DNA of 64,000 bases from Asterias amurensis (lineage: Eukaryota). Of the stretch, positions 24,424 through 36,294 are shown in pieces (position 1 is the stretch's first letter; each line of letters starts with the position of its first letter). The stretch is taken from positions 27,171,339 through 27,235,338 of the forward strand of contig NC_092652.1 of the NCBI RefSeq assembly GCF_032118995.1, read 5' to 3'. The position numbers were made by a program, and so were the translations under genes. Under the pieces are notes generated by a model, which was given only the letters and a program-made list of their open reading frames with translations, was not told where the DNA came from and did not search any database.

Positions 24424-24534
24424 CGCTTTAAGTTTGAAGACGAGCCCAGCGCGGATTGATTCCACTATGGCCGGAGTACCTCCCTCTTCACGCTCCTCGA
24501 TATTAGAGACGTAACGGTGTGTGTCACGAGTCAC
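24424..24534 (-). CDS. SufS-like gene exon (VTRDTHRYVSNIEEREEGGTPAIVESIRAGLVFKLKA)
   Basis: The acceptor is cttcactgtag|GTG and the donor is AAAGCG|gtaaat. 'EEGGTPAIVESIRAGLVF' aligns to SufS '[22 protein letters not shown]' and SCLY 'RPGTENTPMIAGLGKAAELV'. Confidence 0.65.
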
Positions 24535-25168
24535 CTACAGTGAAGAAAAGTAACAACAAGAATTCTCAAATAATAAACCCGGCTTCTGAAAATCTTTGGA
24601 TTGTACATGATTTATTTATGAGTTAAATGAACAGTTACAGAACGCATTTTTTTTCTTCTTTCGGTTGATCACTGTACTGAAGTGAACATTGTGTATTGAT
24701 ATTGTTGTGTTTTATACTCTCCAAATTACAAGGTATAAAAAAGTAAGAGATGTTTTACAAAATTAACTATTCTACGTCTTCTTCTTCCCTCGTTTGAATA
24801 TAACTAGTTTGATAGTTTAGTGACTTCAAGCCACTTGATGGTATCCTCATCGAAATCTCTGAGTTACTGCTCGCCTTGTGGTGGTCTGAAGTCTGGGCAG
24901 TCTTGAATGATGTGGATGAAGATTGTAGATTGATCATAAAACAGAACTAGTCGATCGGTTTTTTTTTTCAACTAAATCCTTCAAATAAAAGAGGTGTTTA
25001 TTTTGTGGCAAACCTTCATGGAAAAAGTCGTGGGCCTAACCCTGCTGCTACATGATAAACAGATGGACAATTTCAAGGAAATGCAATTTATGTGACTTTA
25101 TGATACTTCCAAACAATGGGAAGCTGTATTACTGTTGTTGCGTGTTTTTTCCTCTCCAAATTACTTAC

Positions 25169-25242
25169 AAAAAGTACAGTTCCACCGCCACATGAACCTG
25201 GCACTGCATTCATGAAAAGTTTCTTCTTTGCAATCAAAAGAC
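25169..25242 (-). CDS. SufS-like gene exon (G LLIAKKKLFMNAVPGSCGGGTVLF)
   Basis: The acceptor is cgtcag|GTC and the donor is CTTTTT|gtaagt. It aligns to SufS '[20 protein letters not shown]', and the GGG motif is conserved. Confidence 0.7.
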
Positions 25243-26526
25243 CTGACGAAAACAAAATGTTATAGAACAAATACCAGGTAATTGATTGAAAATAAAAATC
25301 TGCACACAGATCAGCTTGCACAACAATTGGTTTATATTTAACTCAAAAACTGAATGAACGCAAACAGGGCAGTGTTATCTTTTGTGAACCGAATTTGTTC
25401 CGAATCTCACTTGATCAAGCAGAACTTGTCCGTCTCCTATATAGGACTTTTCCAGTATATAGGTACTGTTACGAAAGTGTAAGGCCGTCAGGGCTATGTT
25501 TGGAATGATAACGATGTGTTTTATTTTACAATTAATCGGAAGATTTATGAAGTTATTTCGGAGAAGTTGATGTTTAGTGCACTGTTTTAAACAGTGAGAA
25601 AATAACTATTTCAGGTTGTTTTAAACTATAAACTCGCTGTAAAATAATACGTCAATATCATGTTACACCACAATTATCAAATTACAGATATCAGATTTTT
25701 GATTTCACGCACTGCTTGTTTTTTTTATGAGGTCATAATGGGAACACATTCAAGCGTTAATGTCTTTATGAGTAGTCTAGACTTATTAAAAGTCACAGCA
25801 TGGTGCCGACAGATTAAGTAAATAAAATATTAAAAAAACCACAAAAAACACAAGATTTAAAGTCTACCAGTAACGAAACTAGGTTATAATAATAGGGGTC
25901 ACAATGGGGTGCACCGGTTTTTTTCAGGAGAGGGCGTGTCACTTCTGGCCAATTAAAACGTTTTCGTTTGAATGTTTGTTTAACAAGCCCATTTTATGTG
26001 CGTTTGTTATGTCAGAATTTTTAAAATTATTATATTGTGGAGAGGATGTAAAAATAACAACATTTCACAGAACCCGGGAGAGTACACATTGCTTACACAC
26101 ATCGGTTTATATTGGTAAAAACCAAAATGAATATCCTTAAAATTTCAAAAGATAGGGTGGGGGGCAGTTGCAGTCACCCTAGGAAAACATTTCTCACATG
26201 TGGTTGCAGATTGGTCATCATCAGTCAAGATGTCAAGTCGTCTTGACTCGACCCCCATGCTAGCCCCCAGCAAATTGACAACTCGACACTCATTAACGGG
26301 TATAGTCCTGTGCCTGGACAGGCTCGAGTGGTGCTGGCTAGACGAAACGCAACACCAACCTTTCAAAGTTCTTATTTTAAGTCATTCGTCTTAAAAACTG
26401 ACTTTATACAAGGTGAAGCTTTGTCATTTGACAGAAAAAATTCTAAATTTAGAAACTCCGTCTGCTGACTAGACTGAAATGGAGTTTAATTTCAAAATAA
26501 AGAAAGATTTGAAAGGAAATAATTAC

Positions 26527-26603
26527 CAGGAGTTCCGACACCACCGACGAACTTATGTGGAGACAAATAGACGGCGTCTTTGCTGAGATCCAAGGCTTCC
26601 ATT
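26527..26603 (-). CDS. SufS-like gene exon (G MEALDLSKDAVYLSPHKFVGGVGTP G). It carries the PLP-binding lysine.
   Basis: The acceptor is ttctag|AAT and the donor is CCTG|gtaatt. 'YLSPHKFVGGVGTPG' aligns to SufS 'YVFSGHKLYGPTGIGIL' and SCLY 'TIVGHKFYGPRIGALY'. The lysine is the Schiff-base residue. Confidence 0.75.
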
Positions 26604-27019
26604 CTAGATGAAGGAAATATTATATACAATATTTATTTAAAATGTGATATTCATTTCATCAAGGTATTTTAAGAACACAATATACTGGATTGTTAATGAT
26701 TGATCGTGTGACATTTGCAGTCATTATGATGTTTCATTGTGGAAGTTTAATAAATTGGGAGCTGCATTTTTCGGAAATAGTTTTGTGCATTCTTAAATGA
26801 AACATGGAATACAAGTTATATTTTTAACAATAAATTAAATATGGACTGTAATTTTGAAGTATTTATTCAAACAACTTATGCATACAAATGAGCATTATCT
26901 TAAAGACCATTCGTACATGGCGACTTTGTCAGGACCGCTATTTTAGAGTACCAACTGGTAAGCGTTTAATCTTCCTACATAGTGATATTGACTCATAGCG
27001 CAACCAAGACTTAATTTTT

Positions 27020-27480
27020 TACAAATATTGACTGCTTCGAGTGCTATGGTAAAACTACGACTCCCGAGGTGATCCCCGGAGCGTTCTATTTTCTCGAGGC
27101 GCAGCCGAGGGAAAATGGAACGGTCCGGGATAACCGAGGGGGTCGGAGTTTTAAACATAGCACGAGTTAAAGCAGTCAATATTTGTTTTATAACACACCC
27201 AACAGACTATTATCATCTTCGTATACACATGTACCGTTCGTACGCGCGTTTCAGATACACAGATGCATAACTGATTGGGTTCGAGGTGGATAAAAGACGT
27301 CTGGGTACTGCATGCCGTGTGATAGTCGTCGGACTACCACACGGCAAACGATGCACTATCACACGGCCGCCGTCTAGTAAAACTAAGACATATCATGTGA
27401 CGCGCTCTAAATCAATGAAAAGGCAGAATATTTGTATGGGGTGTTATAAAGACGGGTAGCACATGACGTTATTGACCACC
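27020..27480 (+). mobile_element. Dispersed element D, copy 2 (hairpin at 27025-27187, with CCAAT/TATA at 27410-27455). It lies inside an intron of the SufS-like gene, antisense to it.
   Basis: It is roughly 85% identical to copy 1 over the hairpin and over 'gacgtctgggta.tgca.gcc.tgtg…aaaactaagacat.tcatgtgacgcgctctaaa.caatga..aggcagaata.ttg.a.ggggtgttataaa'. Confidence 0.6.
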
Positions 27481-27837
27481 ATGACATATTGGAAAGATGC
27501 ACGCGTGTACGCGCTGCGCACGCGTGCACGTTTCATCAAAGATGGCGGTCATCAATGCGAAGGGTCTTTTGAGATGATGGCGTCAGGTGGGTCAAGTGGG
27601 AGTATCATCAAACAATTAGACAAGTTTAATAGCCATAGGTAGTAAAACAAAAGGAAGATTCATACGAGGGCAAAGTCTGGATTCATGGTTTCGGCTATGT
27701 GGCTACGGCCGGATTACTGAAAGGTATTTTATTTAACATTATCAATGCAGGCAAAGGACGTAGTCGTAGCCGTAGCCTCAACATTTCTAAACTTCCAACG
27801 TCATCGTAACTGCGCCCTCTATTGGCCTGAAACTTAC

Positions 27838-27892
27838 CCGCCTTCCCCATCTTCCTCGACTGGTGGGTTCATGTCAATATTGAGGTACGGTC
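27838..27892 (-). CDS. SufS-like gene exon (G PYLNIDMNPPVEEDGEG G)
   Basis: The acceptor is cttgcag|GAC and the donor is GGCGG|gtaagt. The phase is consistent, with 2 nt in and 2 nt out. The position corresponds to SufS 'VMHHPVDVQAL' with a short acidic insertion. Homology is weaker here. Confidence 0.45.
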
Positions 27893-28214
27893 CTGCAAGC
27901 AAATAAAAATAAATGAACATAAAAAATAACCTCAAAAAAATGGGTGAGAAACTTAAACTTATTTAATTAAACCTTACATTTCTACGATCATTACTGAGAC
28001 ATACAAAATTAGCTGTTGCAAATTGCTTACTATGGTATAATGGAATTTGGCCTTACGTTTTGACGCTAGAGTCTTTCTAAAAAATCAATGTCTTTAAACA
28101 AATAAAAATAACTTACTGTTGGTAAACTAATCAACATATCTTAAGGTAGCGGCTAAAAGAAGGTAATAAATTGTTAAAAACTGATTTTTTGTGTGGTAAA
28201 AATTGTTGTTTTAC

Positions 28215-28356
28215 CTGCAGTGGCATAATCCCAGAATGCCAGAGCTCCATATTGATGCAATAGTCCAGAAACTGCTGCTGTATCAGTTACTATCCCAGTC
28301 ACGTTAGACGCAGCTGAAAAACAGCCAATAAGAAACTTGGACTTACGTTGGTATTG
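28215..28356 (-). CDS. SufS-like gene exon (QYQRKSKFLIGCFSAASNVTGIVTDTAAVSGLLHQYGALAFWDYATA G)
   Basis: The acceptor is ctacag|CAA and the donor is CTGCAG|gtaaaa. 'GCFSAASNVTGIVTD…LHQYGA' aligns to SufS '[37 protein letters not shown]'. Confidence 0.7.
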
Positions 28357-28975
28357 CTGTAGGGAAGAGAAAGAAGCGTGCTTATTGGTCGTGTGTGTTA
28401 TTAGAGGCCGAGAACCAAACCAATAACGAACCTTGACTGACGACACTACACTTTTCATTGGTCAGTTACATTAACAACAGCTCCGAAACAACCAATGGGG
28501 CTTCTCGACATACTTATGTATGTCTTAAACCGTGTAAGGAATTTTCATCTGACCGTACTATTAGCTATAGAGAAATAAAATTGAACGTTCAAAATTAAAA
28601 TAAATATATTCACTAGACGATTGTATCATAAAAGAATCTTCGATTTTACAGTAACTTTTTAAATGTATACATATAAAGGATACGAAAGGAAGACGATCAA
28701 GAAAACAGCAAAACAAAAAAGGGAAAAATAAGAACAAGAACGACAACCCATCATGACATCAATCTTGGGCAGTTTCTATATGAAACAGCGATTACTTTCG
28801 ATTGGTACATTTTGACCACGTTAAAATACTCTAAACCGAATAATCCTTCACCGCCCCCACCATTAGACTGAAGACACAGACACCCCTAATAGTATCAGTG
28901 CAAATCGATCTCTAAAGTAATACCGGTTGCAAGTAAGCTGAGATTAGTCCTCGACTCCCAAATTATTGCTCTTAC

Positions 28976-29041
28976 CTTCAACTTTTGTTGTAAAAGATTC
29001 AGATCGATTTGGCCTCGGTCTGCATCCCTTATTCGGATAAC
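28976..29041 (-). CDS. SufS-like gene exon (VIRIRDADRGQIDLNLLQQKLK)
   Basis: The acceptor is ctcag|GTT and the donor is TTGAAG|gtaaga. It aligns to SufS '[27 protein letters not shown]'. Confidence 0.65.
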
Positions 29042-29453
29042 CTGAGAATACAAAGAAAAAGAACACAATAAAAGCTGTGACGATAGGCTACCAACTCTCG
29101 ATCTCGTTTCCAAGTACAATGCATTTGGTTTATCAAGGACTGTCAACAACAGCCATTTTAAAACCCTGTTCCTGAAGCTGAGAAGTCTACCGAAAATCTA
29201 CTCTGCAGCAGTAGAATTTTAAACGAGACAAGTTCTCAAAGGAACATAGTTATTCTCTAGCAAGTAGTCACACATCGTGTTTTTAAAACAAAAAAAATTC
29301 CGTTTTTGAGGCGTACATTTGTCCTTCCAAATAAGACGATTGTTTCTGTCAAAAATGATTGACTTGTAAAGGTGAAGGCATGAAACGTAGTTTTGTTTTA
29401 GAATTTGAGGTGGACGATTCCATCCGAAACATCAAAGCATAACTTGGTTTTAC

Positions 29454-29519
29454 CTTTGCACCACTCTCCTTCCATGGCAAAATGTTAGAATGATGCTCAT
29501 ACGGACCAACAAAAACAAC
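29454..29519 (-). CDS. SufS-like gene exon (VVFVGPYEHHSNILPWKESGAK)
   Basis: The acceptor is cctgcag|GTT and the donor is GCAAAG|gtaaaa. 'YEHHSNILPW' matches the SufS/CsdA signature 'MEHHANIVPW'. Confidence 0.75.
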
Positions 29520-30714
29520 CTGCAGGAAAATCAAATATTTTCTGTGTCAGTTATAGCTCCTTTAACCATATCTTTACGACTGTTGTCACAAGTTAATGAT
29601 CCCAAAACAGACGTTATAGGTATAACACAAGATTGACAATCATAACAAAAACCTTTATTTTAGTTGTAACAACCGAAACCAGTTGTTGCGCTTAAATTTT
29701 CCGACACAGTTTTCTCGAATATGACTTCATTTGATGTGAAAATATTTCACAGAAAAAAGTGCGAACTTCATAATAAGCGTACTGATCATTAAATTCACTC
29801 TAGAAACGTTTTCCTCTGAGAAAATGTTCAAATGAAATGAAGTCAAATTCGAGAAAACCCTATCTGAAAATCTAAACGCAAGAGCTGAATGCTAAAAATG
29901 GTGCATGTTTTTTCACACATTATTTTGTCCTAACTTCCACAACCCATTAACCAAATGTTCACAGGATTGTTGTTTCATGAGTATGGTTGATCACACAAAA
30001 CATGATCACTGTCAGGAACACTGTATGAAACTAGTTTGTCATCTCTAAATAGCATTCTTGTAGCCTTCAAATTGCATTACAAACTTTAAATTAAAACTGT
30101 TGTGAACCCGATGAGAAACAAAACTAAGATGAAGCAACAACGGGTTCCACTAACAGCTTGTTCACACAAGGAACCAAGCTCATGCACGTGTTTCATTCCT
30201 GACCCACATTAGATCCTCGGGGAGTAATTGTTGTAAACAACTCCTTATAAAAACAAACCAGACTGTCCACAGTTATTGCCATTACCAAAGAGGGCTGGCA
30301 ACTTAAGAACTCATGGTTCAAAGGTCAACGCAGTTTCGCCAAATCAATCTATCGGTGAACACAGGGTAAACTGTACTTTGCAATCTGTCGAGGTTTCAAG
30401 GGACGGACATTTTGCTAGAGTTTCAGGTGGCAAAACCATCTTGTATTTTATTTAATGTACAACCCGCGTGATTTGAATATTAAGTATCCACTATATGCAA
30501 TTGTACACAAGAAACATGGCACATAAATGTAGGCTGCATTGAAGTTTAGGCTTTTATATCTGTGTAAATGCAGAGTAATTTACACAAACGAATATTCATG
30601 TTGGTAATTGGGGTTGTATTTAAAAATACATTTGGCAATGGCCGCCTTTCGAAAATACGGCTTGGGCTCAGTCAGTTATTTAGAAAACGTGTGCGATATC
30701 CTTTTAGGACTTCA

Positions 30715-30845
30715 AACAGAAGGACAGAGCCCAAACCGGTGCCCAAGCCTGAGCCAGAGCCTAAGCCAGAGCCAAAGCCAGAGCCAAAGCCAGAGCCCAA
30801 GTCAGAGTCCAAGCACGAGCCCAAGACGAAGCCCAAGCGATTCAT
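30715..30845. repeat. Imperfect hexanucleotide repeat (GAGCCMAAGCCA)n inside a SufS-gene intron. It encodes the 'PKPEPEPKPEPKPEPK' stretch of a spurious ORF.
   Basis: It can be read directly. Confidence 0.8.
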
Positions 30846-31026
30846 ATGACAGCGTTCTCTCGTACAAGCTCATGTCACCATTTTGTTTTTCGCCAATAAA
30901 AGCCACGTGGCCGGACAAAAGGTTTGAATAAATTGAGACTGGTGCCGCTCATATAAAAAACCGGTATGTAAGGAAGCGAGAGTGTTCTACTAGGAACACG
31001 ACAAACAAAAGCCTGGAATGAATTAC

Positions 31027-31156
31027 CGTTTTCTTAGCTCGATCTCCCTTCAGTTCGAGAGCTGTAATGAGTTTATGTACAGCTCCTGTTGTTCCACTTC
31101 CAGTGAATATAACTACGTCATCATCGGTAGCATTAACACAGCGTTTAATCAGCTCC
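31027..31156 (-). CDS. SufS-like gene exon (ELIKRCVNATDDDVVIFTGSGTTGAVHKLITALELKGDRAKKT)
   Basis: The acceptor is tttcag|GG and the donor is AAAACG|gtaatt. 'DDDVVIFTGSGTTGAVHKL' is the class-V 'E-i-FTsGaTe--N' motif; compare SufS 'EELVFVRGTTEGINLV' and MOCOS 'DYTVIFTAGSTAALKLV'. Confidence 0.7.
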
Positions 31157-31534
31157 CTGAAACAACAGCAACCATTCAGAATACAAAATGGTGGTTTTTA
31201 CAAAGAGCGAGTGATTTATCATGGCTCTACTTACCGTAAAACGTTATGCCTACTATGTGCTTACCGTAGCTACGGTCCATAGAACGATAGAACTAAGCCT
31301 TTTAAAGGTACAAAGTAAGCGCCTATCTGTTCATTTGTTTGTTGTGGTGTTTGCTTGCTTGTTTATTGGAATGATTTTCCAGTCAAACAAACTTAGCAAA
31401 CTCCCACAAGAGGATATAAACGCTAAGCTGGCAACAACCAATCTTTCTCACATAATTATTGGTTTAACCTCTATTTGATTATAAATTGCACAAATCAAGA
31501 AATTGTGATTCAGCCACTATAGGCAACCATATTC

Positions 31535-31645
31535 TATAGTCATTGTGAAATCAGTGCTCAGCTTGGTAGAATTCGAACCCACAACCTTGTGATTGCAAGT
31601 CTAACCACTGAACCATGCGGTGACTCCTCTCCACCATAAGTCAAG
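31535..31645 (-). mobile_element. tRNA-like SINE head (rc: GCATGGTTCAGTGGTTAGAC…GGTTGTGGGTTCGAATTC)
   Basis: It has D-loop-like and T-loop-like boxes, but no intact cloverleaf can be folded. Confidence 0.4.
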
Positions 31646-32435
31646 AGCACTAAAGTGTGTTTGTTTGATGTTTTTCCCGCCCTTTCCTGTCTTTCCACAG
31701 AGCAATCGGTCCTGTGTTATCGTTGCCAACATACGATAATGATTCACCCCTAATATTACCTTTGGCCCACCGGTGCAGACATGATTGCATTATTTACTTT
31801 TAAAATAATAGTAAACATCAAGGTGTGCGAAAACATTTTTGAATACGCAAATCAGGGTAATATTATCGCACTAAACTATAATACAAACAACTCTGGTGCA
31901 TTATAAAAATAATTCTTTGCAAACAACGTCACCGGACCAAGGTTATTTGCTGCATGAAATGTTTAATAAATTTATAAAATGAAGTGACACCAGAATGTGA
32001 CGTTGGTTTTTGCGAATTAAAGATGAGTATCACGTGATAGATATTAAAGTCTTGAGTGACGACGCTAGTTGTTGTATTTGATGCCGGTAGATGGCGCAAC
32101 TTCGACAGGATCGCAGGGACTGTGCAAGTTTACGATTCTCGATCAAAACTAAGGGCCTCTTAGAAACCTCGGCTTATGTTCCAGCTCCGGCTTGAGCTCT
32201 GCCATCTGTTTTGAAGCAGCGTACATTTTGTATGGTGTTGTTCAACATCAAACTAAGCCTGAAGCCTAGCTCAGCCGAGGTTTCGAAAAAAAACTCTCTT
32301 TAATTTTAAGAAAGGTGCTTATTCGATATAGCTATCTGTTCTCCAGTTGCTTATTTCGTGTTGTGATATCGGCAATGCCAACGTCAACGAAGACTATATA
32401 CATATATAATTAATTAACTAATTAAATAAGGGTAC

Positions 32436-32552
32436 CTTGCTTCTTTGCGGAACTGCGTTGTCTGTCGAGACATAAGCCCAGTGGTCGTATGGGTGTTTGC
32501 ATACAAAGGGTGGACGTGGTTTGTGATGTAATCTTCAATAAACTTCACTGGC
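32436..32552 (-). CDS. SufS-like gene exon (PVKFIEDYITNHVHPLYANTHTTTGLMSRQTTQFRKEAR)
   Basis: The acceptor is ctttag|G and the donor is GCAAG|gtaccc. It aligns to the SufS N-terminal helix region '[39 protein letters not shown]', with the GNTHT motif. Confidence 0.65.
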
Positions 32553-35500
32553 CTAAAGAAAAAAAGGAGAACAAAATCAAGTATTAAACCGGGTCAGCCA
32601 AGGGAAAAACGGATTTCGAAACTATCGCAGGCCTTCACGGAAGCAGCGAAGGCGATTGCCTCAACGCCCCCTATTCTGGTGCTCTTGCAAGAACCCAGTA
32701 CAAATTACAATTTCTTCATATAGGGTTCCCTTTACCACGGAGAAATGCCTTGGTGACCTTATAATGTTTTGTTTTTTAGTGATTACTTTTACTAGATTAC
32801 TTTATTTTAAAATAACAGAGGTAAATTGCTACTGAAATATATTAAACCGCGAGAGCCGATAGATGTTGACGGCACCACGCCCAAGACCCGATTGCCCCGA
32901 ATAATGGCAAGATGATCTCTTAAGTTGAGATCAGTCATTGCTTACGTAATAGTCGTTCAAATTGTCAGCCTAGCAAACCTGATGAAACCTGATTAAGGAA
33001 TTTAAAACGCTTCACACAATGCACCACAACAACCTTGTTCTTTCAAATATGAAGCATACAGGCCTGCCATTGTGATGATCGTCCTAGAAAATACTAACCC
33101 CAAAGTCAAAAAAATATATGAACCGTGGCACCCTCGTTGCCTAGGGGGAAAGAGACAGTTTTAAGGAACCAATTTGTCAAAAACGGTGAATCTCTTTTCA
33201 CTGCGCGCCAATATATTTTGTAGAGAAATTTGTAACAATTAAAACTAACTATAATGGAGATTATCAAACGTCAGGCTAAAATATATGATTTATAGAGTCA
33301 CTTCAAATGCATACATCAAGTTTAACATTGTGTGACCTTAGAGCTATACAAATTCATGGTGTGTGACTTAGTTTTAGCATTCCTCCATAATATAAGTTTG
33401 TGAACTGAATGAGAAAATAGGGTTTGCTGTTGCAACCTGCTTAGCAACCAAAATGACAAATGGTAGAAATGCAACAGTTGTTTAATGGCGTGACAAACTT
33501 TCATTTAGCCCATATGAAAACTTCTGCTATGATAACAGCGATTTTGTACTTAGAGGCTTTTCAGAATTTGGCCCATGGCCGGTATATTGACTTTAGCTCA
33601 GCATTAGCAGATTACAGTCTACGGTGCTGACATTTTGAGTTTATTTAAACGATTATCATGAGCTGGTTTGAATGTCCACAAGTTGTTGTAAAATCACTCC
33701 ACACTCAACGTGCTTAGTTTTAAAGATTCGCTGCAGAATTGTGCTATTAATAAAAATCAATTCGAATAGGTTTCCTTCATACAGTATGTTCTCGATTGCA
33801 TGAATTGTGCTATAAACAATACAATAATTAACGTAAAAGCACAGAACACAAATTACAATCATGAAAACAGAAAAATAGAACAAGTATTAACTCAAAGAAG
33901 AATCCGAACACCTACAAATCACAATCAGAGTAACAACCTCCCGTAACCCCCTACCCCCCCCCAAAAAAAAACCCTACCCGAAACAAAACAACAACAAAAC
34001 CCCAACAAACAAACTCAAACAAATCAAACCAAACATCCAACACCCAAACCATAGAGAAAGTATTCTTTATGCCCAGAACCCCAACAAAAAAACAAACAAA
34101 CAAACAAAAACTTACAATACCTACGACGTTTCCTTTGTTTCTCTTAATTGAAGGGCAATCTTTTTGTAAAAGCCCGAGGGAGAAACAAGTTGCGTTTCAG
34201 TCTGAAATCCTAACTCCTTCTGACCCACTTTATCCATCGCTTGAGCTCTCAAGGAATGTGAAATATTTCAGCACATCTATAAATCCAACAATAAATCGGC
34301 AAACAGCCGTCGATTTCACCAAACTCTTCTAAACTTAAGATTAATCTTTGGACTTAGGACGAGTCCCAACCCTGCACTACAGCATGCAGACCTTAAGATT
34401 GTTCCTAAGTTAGGACGAGTCAATAAAAGCTCGTATAGGCATTCATGCTGGGTTTTTTCTCTCCAAAAGAAGACTGTTTCAAAAAGACTGGTATCGCAAA
34501 AGCCTCCCAAGAGGTCATCGACAATCAAGACACATCCGTTGACTTAAATCATGTCTCGAATGCTCCCTGGTGGTCGATAAGACCTTAACTATACCACAAT
34601 ATCACAAATTTAACATCTAGTATACCACAATGCCATCTTCAACTTCCTCAGCGTTTATAAGAAGTAGATCCGAATAGATATTGCAACCCCCCCGTTCAAT
34701 CCCCTCCCCTTTCAACCCCCACCCAGGAACTACTTAATGCACTCAGTCAGGGTACTCAGTCAGGGTACTCAGTCAGGGTAATCCGTCAAGTTTTTAATAC
34801 TTTTCACAGCAGACCTATCACAGGTGGTGACTGTTTTTGAAGTTTGCTGCAGGTATTGCATAATCTCCACCACTTAGTAGCCATCTAGACAATCTCAACC
34901 CACTTGTCATAGTTCTAGAAGATGGTTGAACCATCTTGAACTGACTTCTATTTAATACAATAAAGATCAGTGCGAAATACCTGCCATTAGAGGCGCTTGA
35001 CGCGGGTACAATCCTTAAATGACGAGTCGCTAACTACAGACCACCTCAATGTAGGAGATGACAGTGAAGTGGAACTAAGAGGGTTCCGTTATCCATCCTC
35101 ATCCTTTATTCCCTTCCCCCATGTTTACGTCAAGTAGATCCAGCAACAATTAATGTTCTTTGTTGGTCAATTTGAAGTTAAACTGGTGCTCCTCAATGGA
35201 TGCATATTCCATTACAACCGAAACTCGAGGCTGAATGAAGAATAACTCCAAAGTTTCAACTGATCAGAATACAGCAGATAATGTCCATTGCAGGTGCTAG
35301 TATTACGTAACCCTAACCCTCCCCCTCCCCCACCCCCTCATGTTCCCACAAGGTCAATTTCCACCGTCTTGAAGATGTTTGCCCTGGGAATCAAACCAGT
35401 TGACCAACGCCAATGCAACAATCCCATGACGTCATCTAAACCACATGATTGCGATACCATTTTCAGCTATAGTTCACAAGTAAGTTATTGCTGACGTCAC

Positions 35501-36263
35501 ATGGTTTACTGACAGTGACGTACATGTAGCTGTAGTTACTTCAGCAGAGGGGCGTGGTTAATAATCTAGGAGGGGTAACATTGATGCTCTACTGTAACTG
35601 TTCAACACAATAGAGTTTTAATAATTGGCACACTACTGGTTGACTGCAATGGTGACGCATCTGAAACATAAACCCTAAATTGTTGAAGTTCTAAAAACAT
35701 GTCCGGATGTTTGGTACCATAATATTTCAGTCAAGCGTCAAGCTACACAGTGATGAATTGCACCAAACTATTTAAATTGATGTTTCCGTTTGTAGACACT
35801 TGAGTTTTGTTCCCAATGTTGTTATGGCACATTGAAAAGTATTGCTTCATCCTACACTAAAGTATGGCAATAATTTAAATACAAAATATATACTACTTCT
35901 TCTTTCAACAAGTTTAAAACGACAGAAAGACGCCTTTAGTTCATCCAGGAATCCATCAATGATCTTACGAACACAGTGATTTACAATCATTCAGTTTATA
36001 CTTTAGAAGGACTGTAACAACAACACAGTTCCAGAAATATGAAGAGAAGTTTCTCCCTCTTCAGTCCGGTGGCGAAAAATGCGCCGCGGTGGTCAAAACA
36101 AGTTTACGCCAACCATCTTGATCTGCTGCTGATCTTGATGCAGCTGCCATACGCTGTCCAGTCCAATTCTTTATGTCATTCATCCAAGATGATGCTGGAC
36201 GATCTCTCCTTTTTAAAAAGTTGCAGTTATTATTTAATTTAAGGAGTCCGTAGAGGAACTTAC

Positions 36264-36294
36264 CTTCCTGAGGCGGTGTAATCACAGTAAACCA
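36264..36294 (-). CDS. SufS-like gene, 31-nt micro-exon (V VYCDYTASG R)
   Basis: The acceptor is tatttcag|TGG and the donor is GGAAG|gtaagt. The exon is needed to restore the phase between exon 1 (+1) and exon 3, which requires +2. It encodes the conserved substrate/PLP-site region 'Y-D-y-TASG' that immediately precedes 'PVKFIEDYI'. Confidence 0.55.

Noticed and set aside
23984-24534. Similar peptides 'NIEEREEGGTP' (exon 11) and 'LIEEREHDLS' (exon 12), which could mean duplicated or mutually exclusive exons
   Set aside because: Both exons are required for phase continuity, and both have counterparts at different positions in the SufS alignment. The resemblance is short (IEERE) and is probably coincidental.
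30568-30931. ORFs encoding 'PKPEPEPKPEPKPEPK' and 'SQSQSQSQSP' low-complexity peptides
   Set aside because: They are read through an imperfect hexanucleotide repeat inside a SufS-gene intron. They have no start context, splice context or homology.
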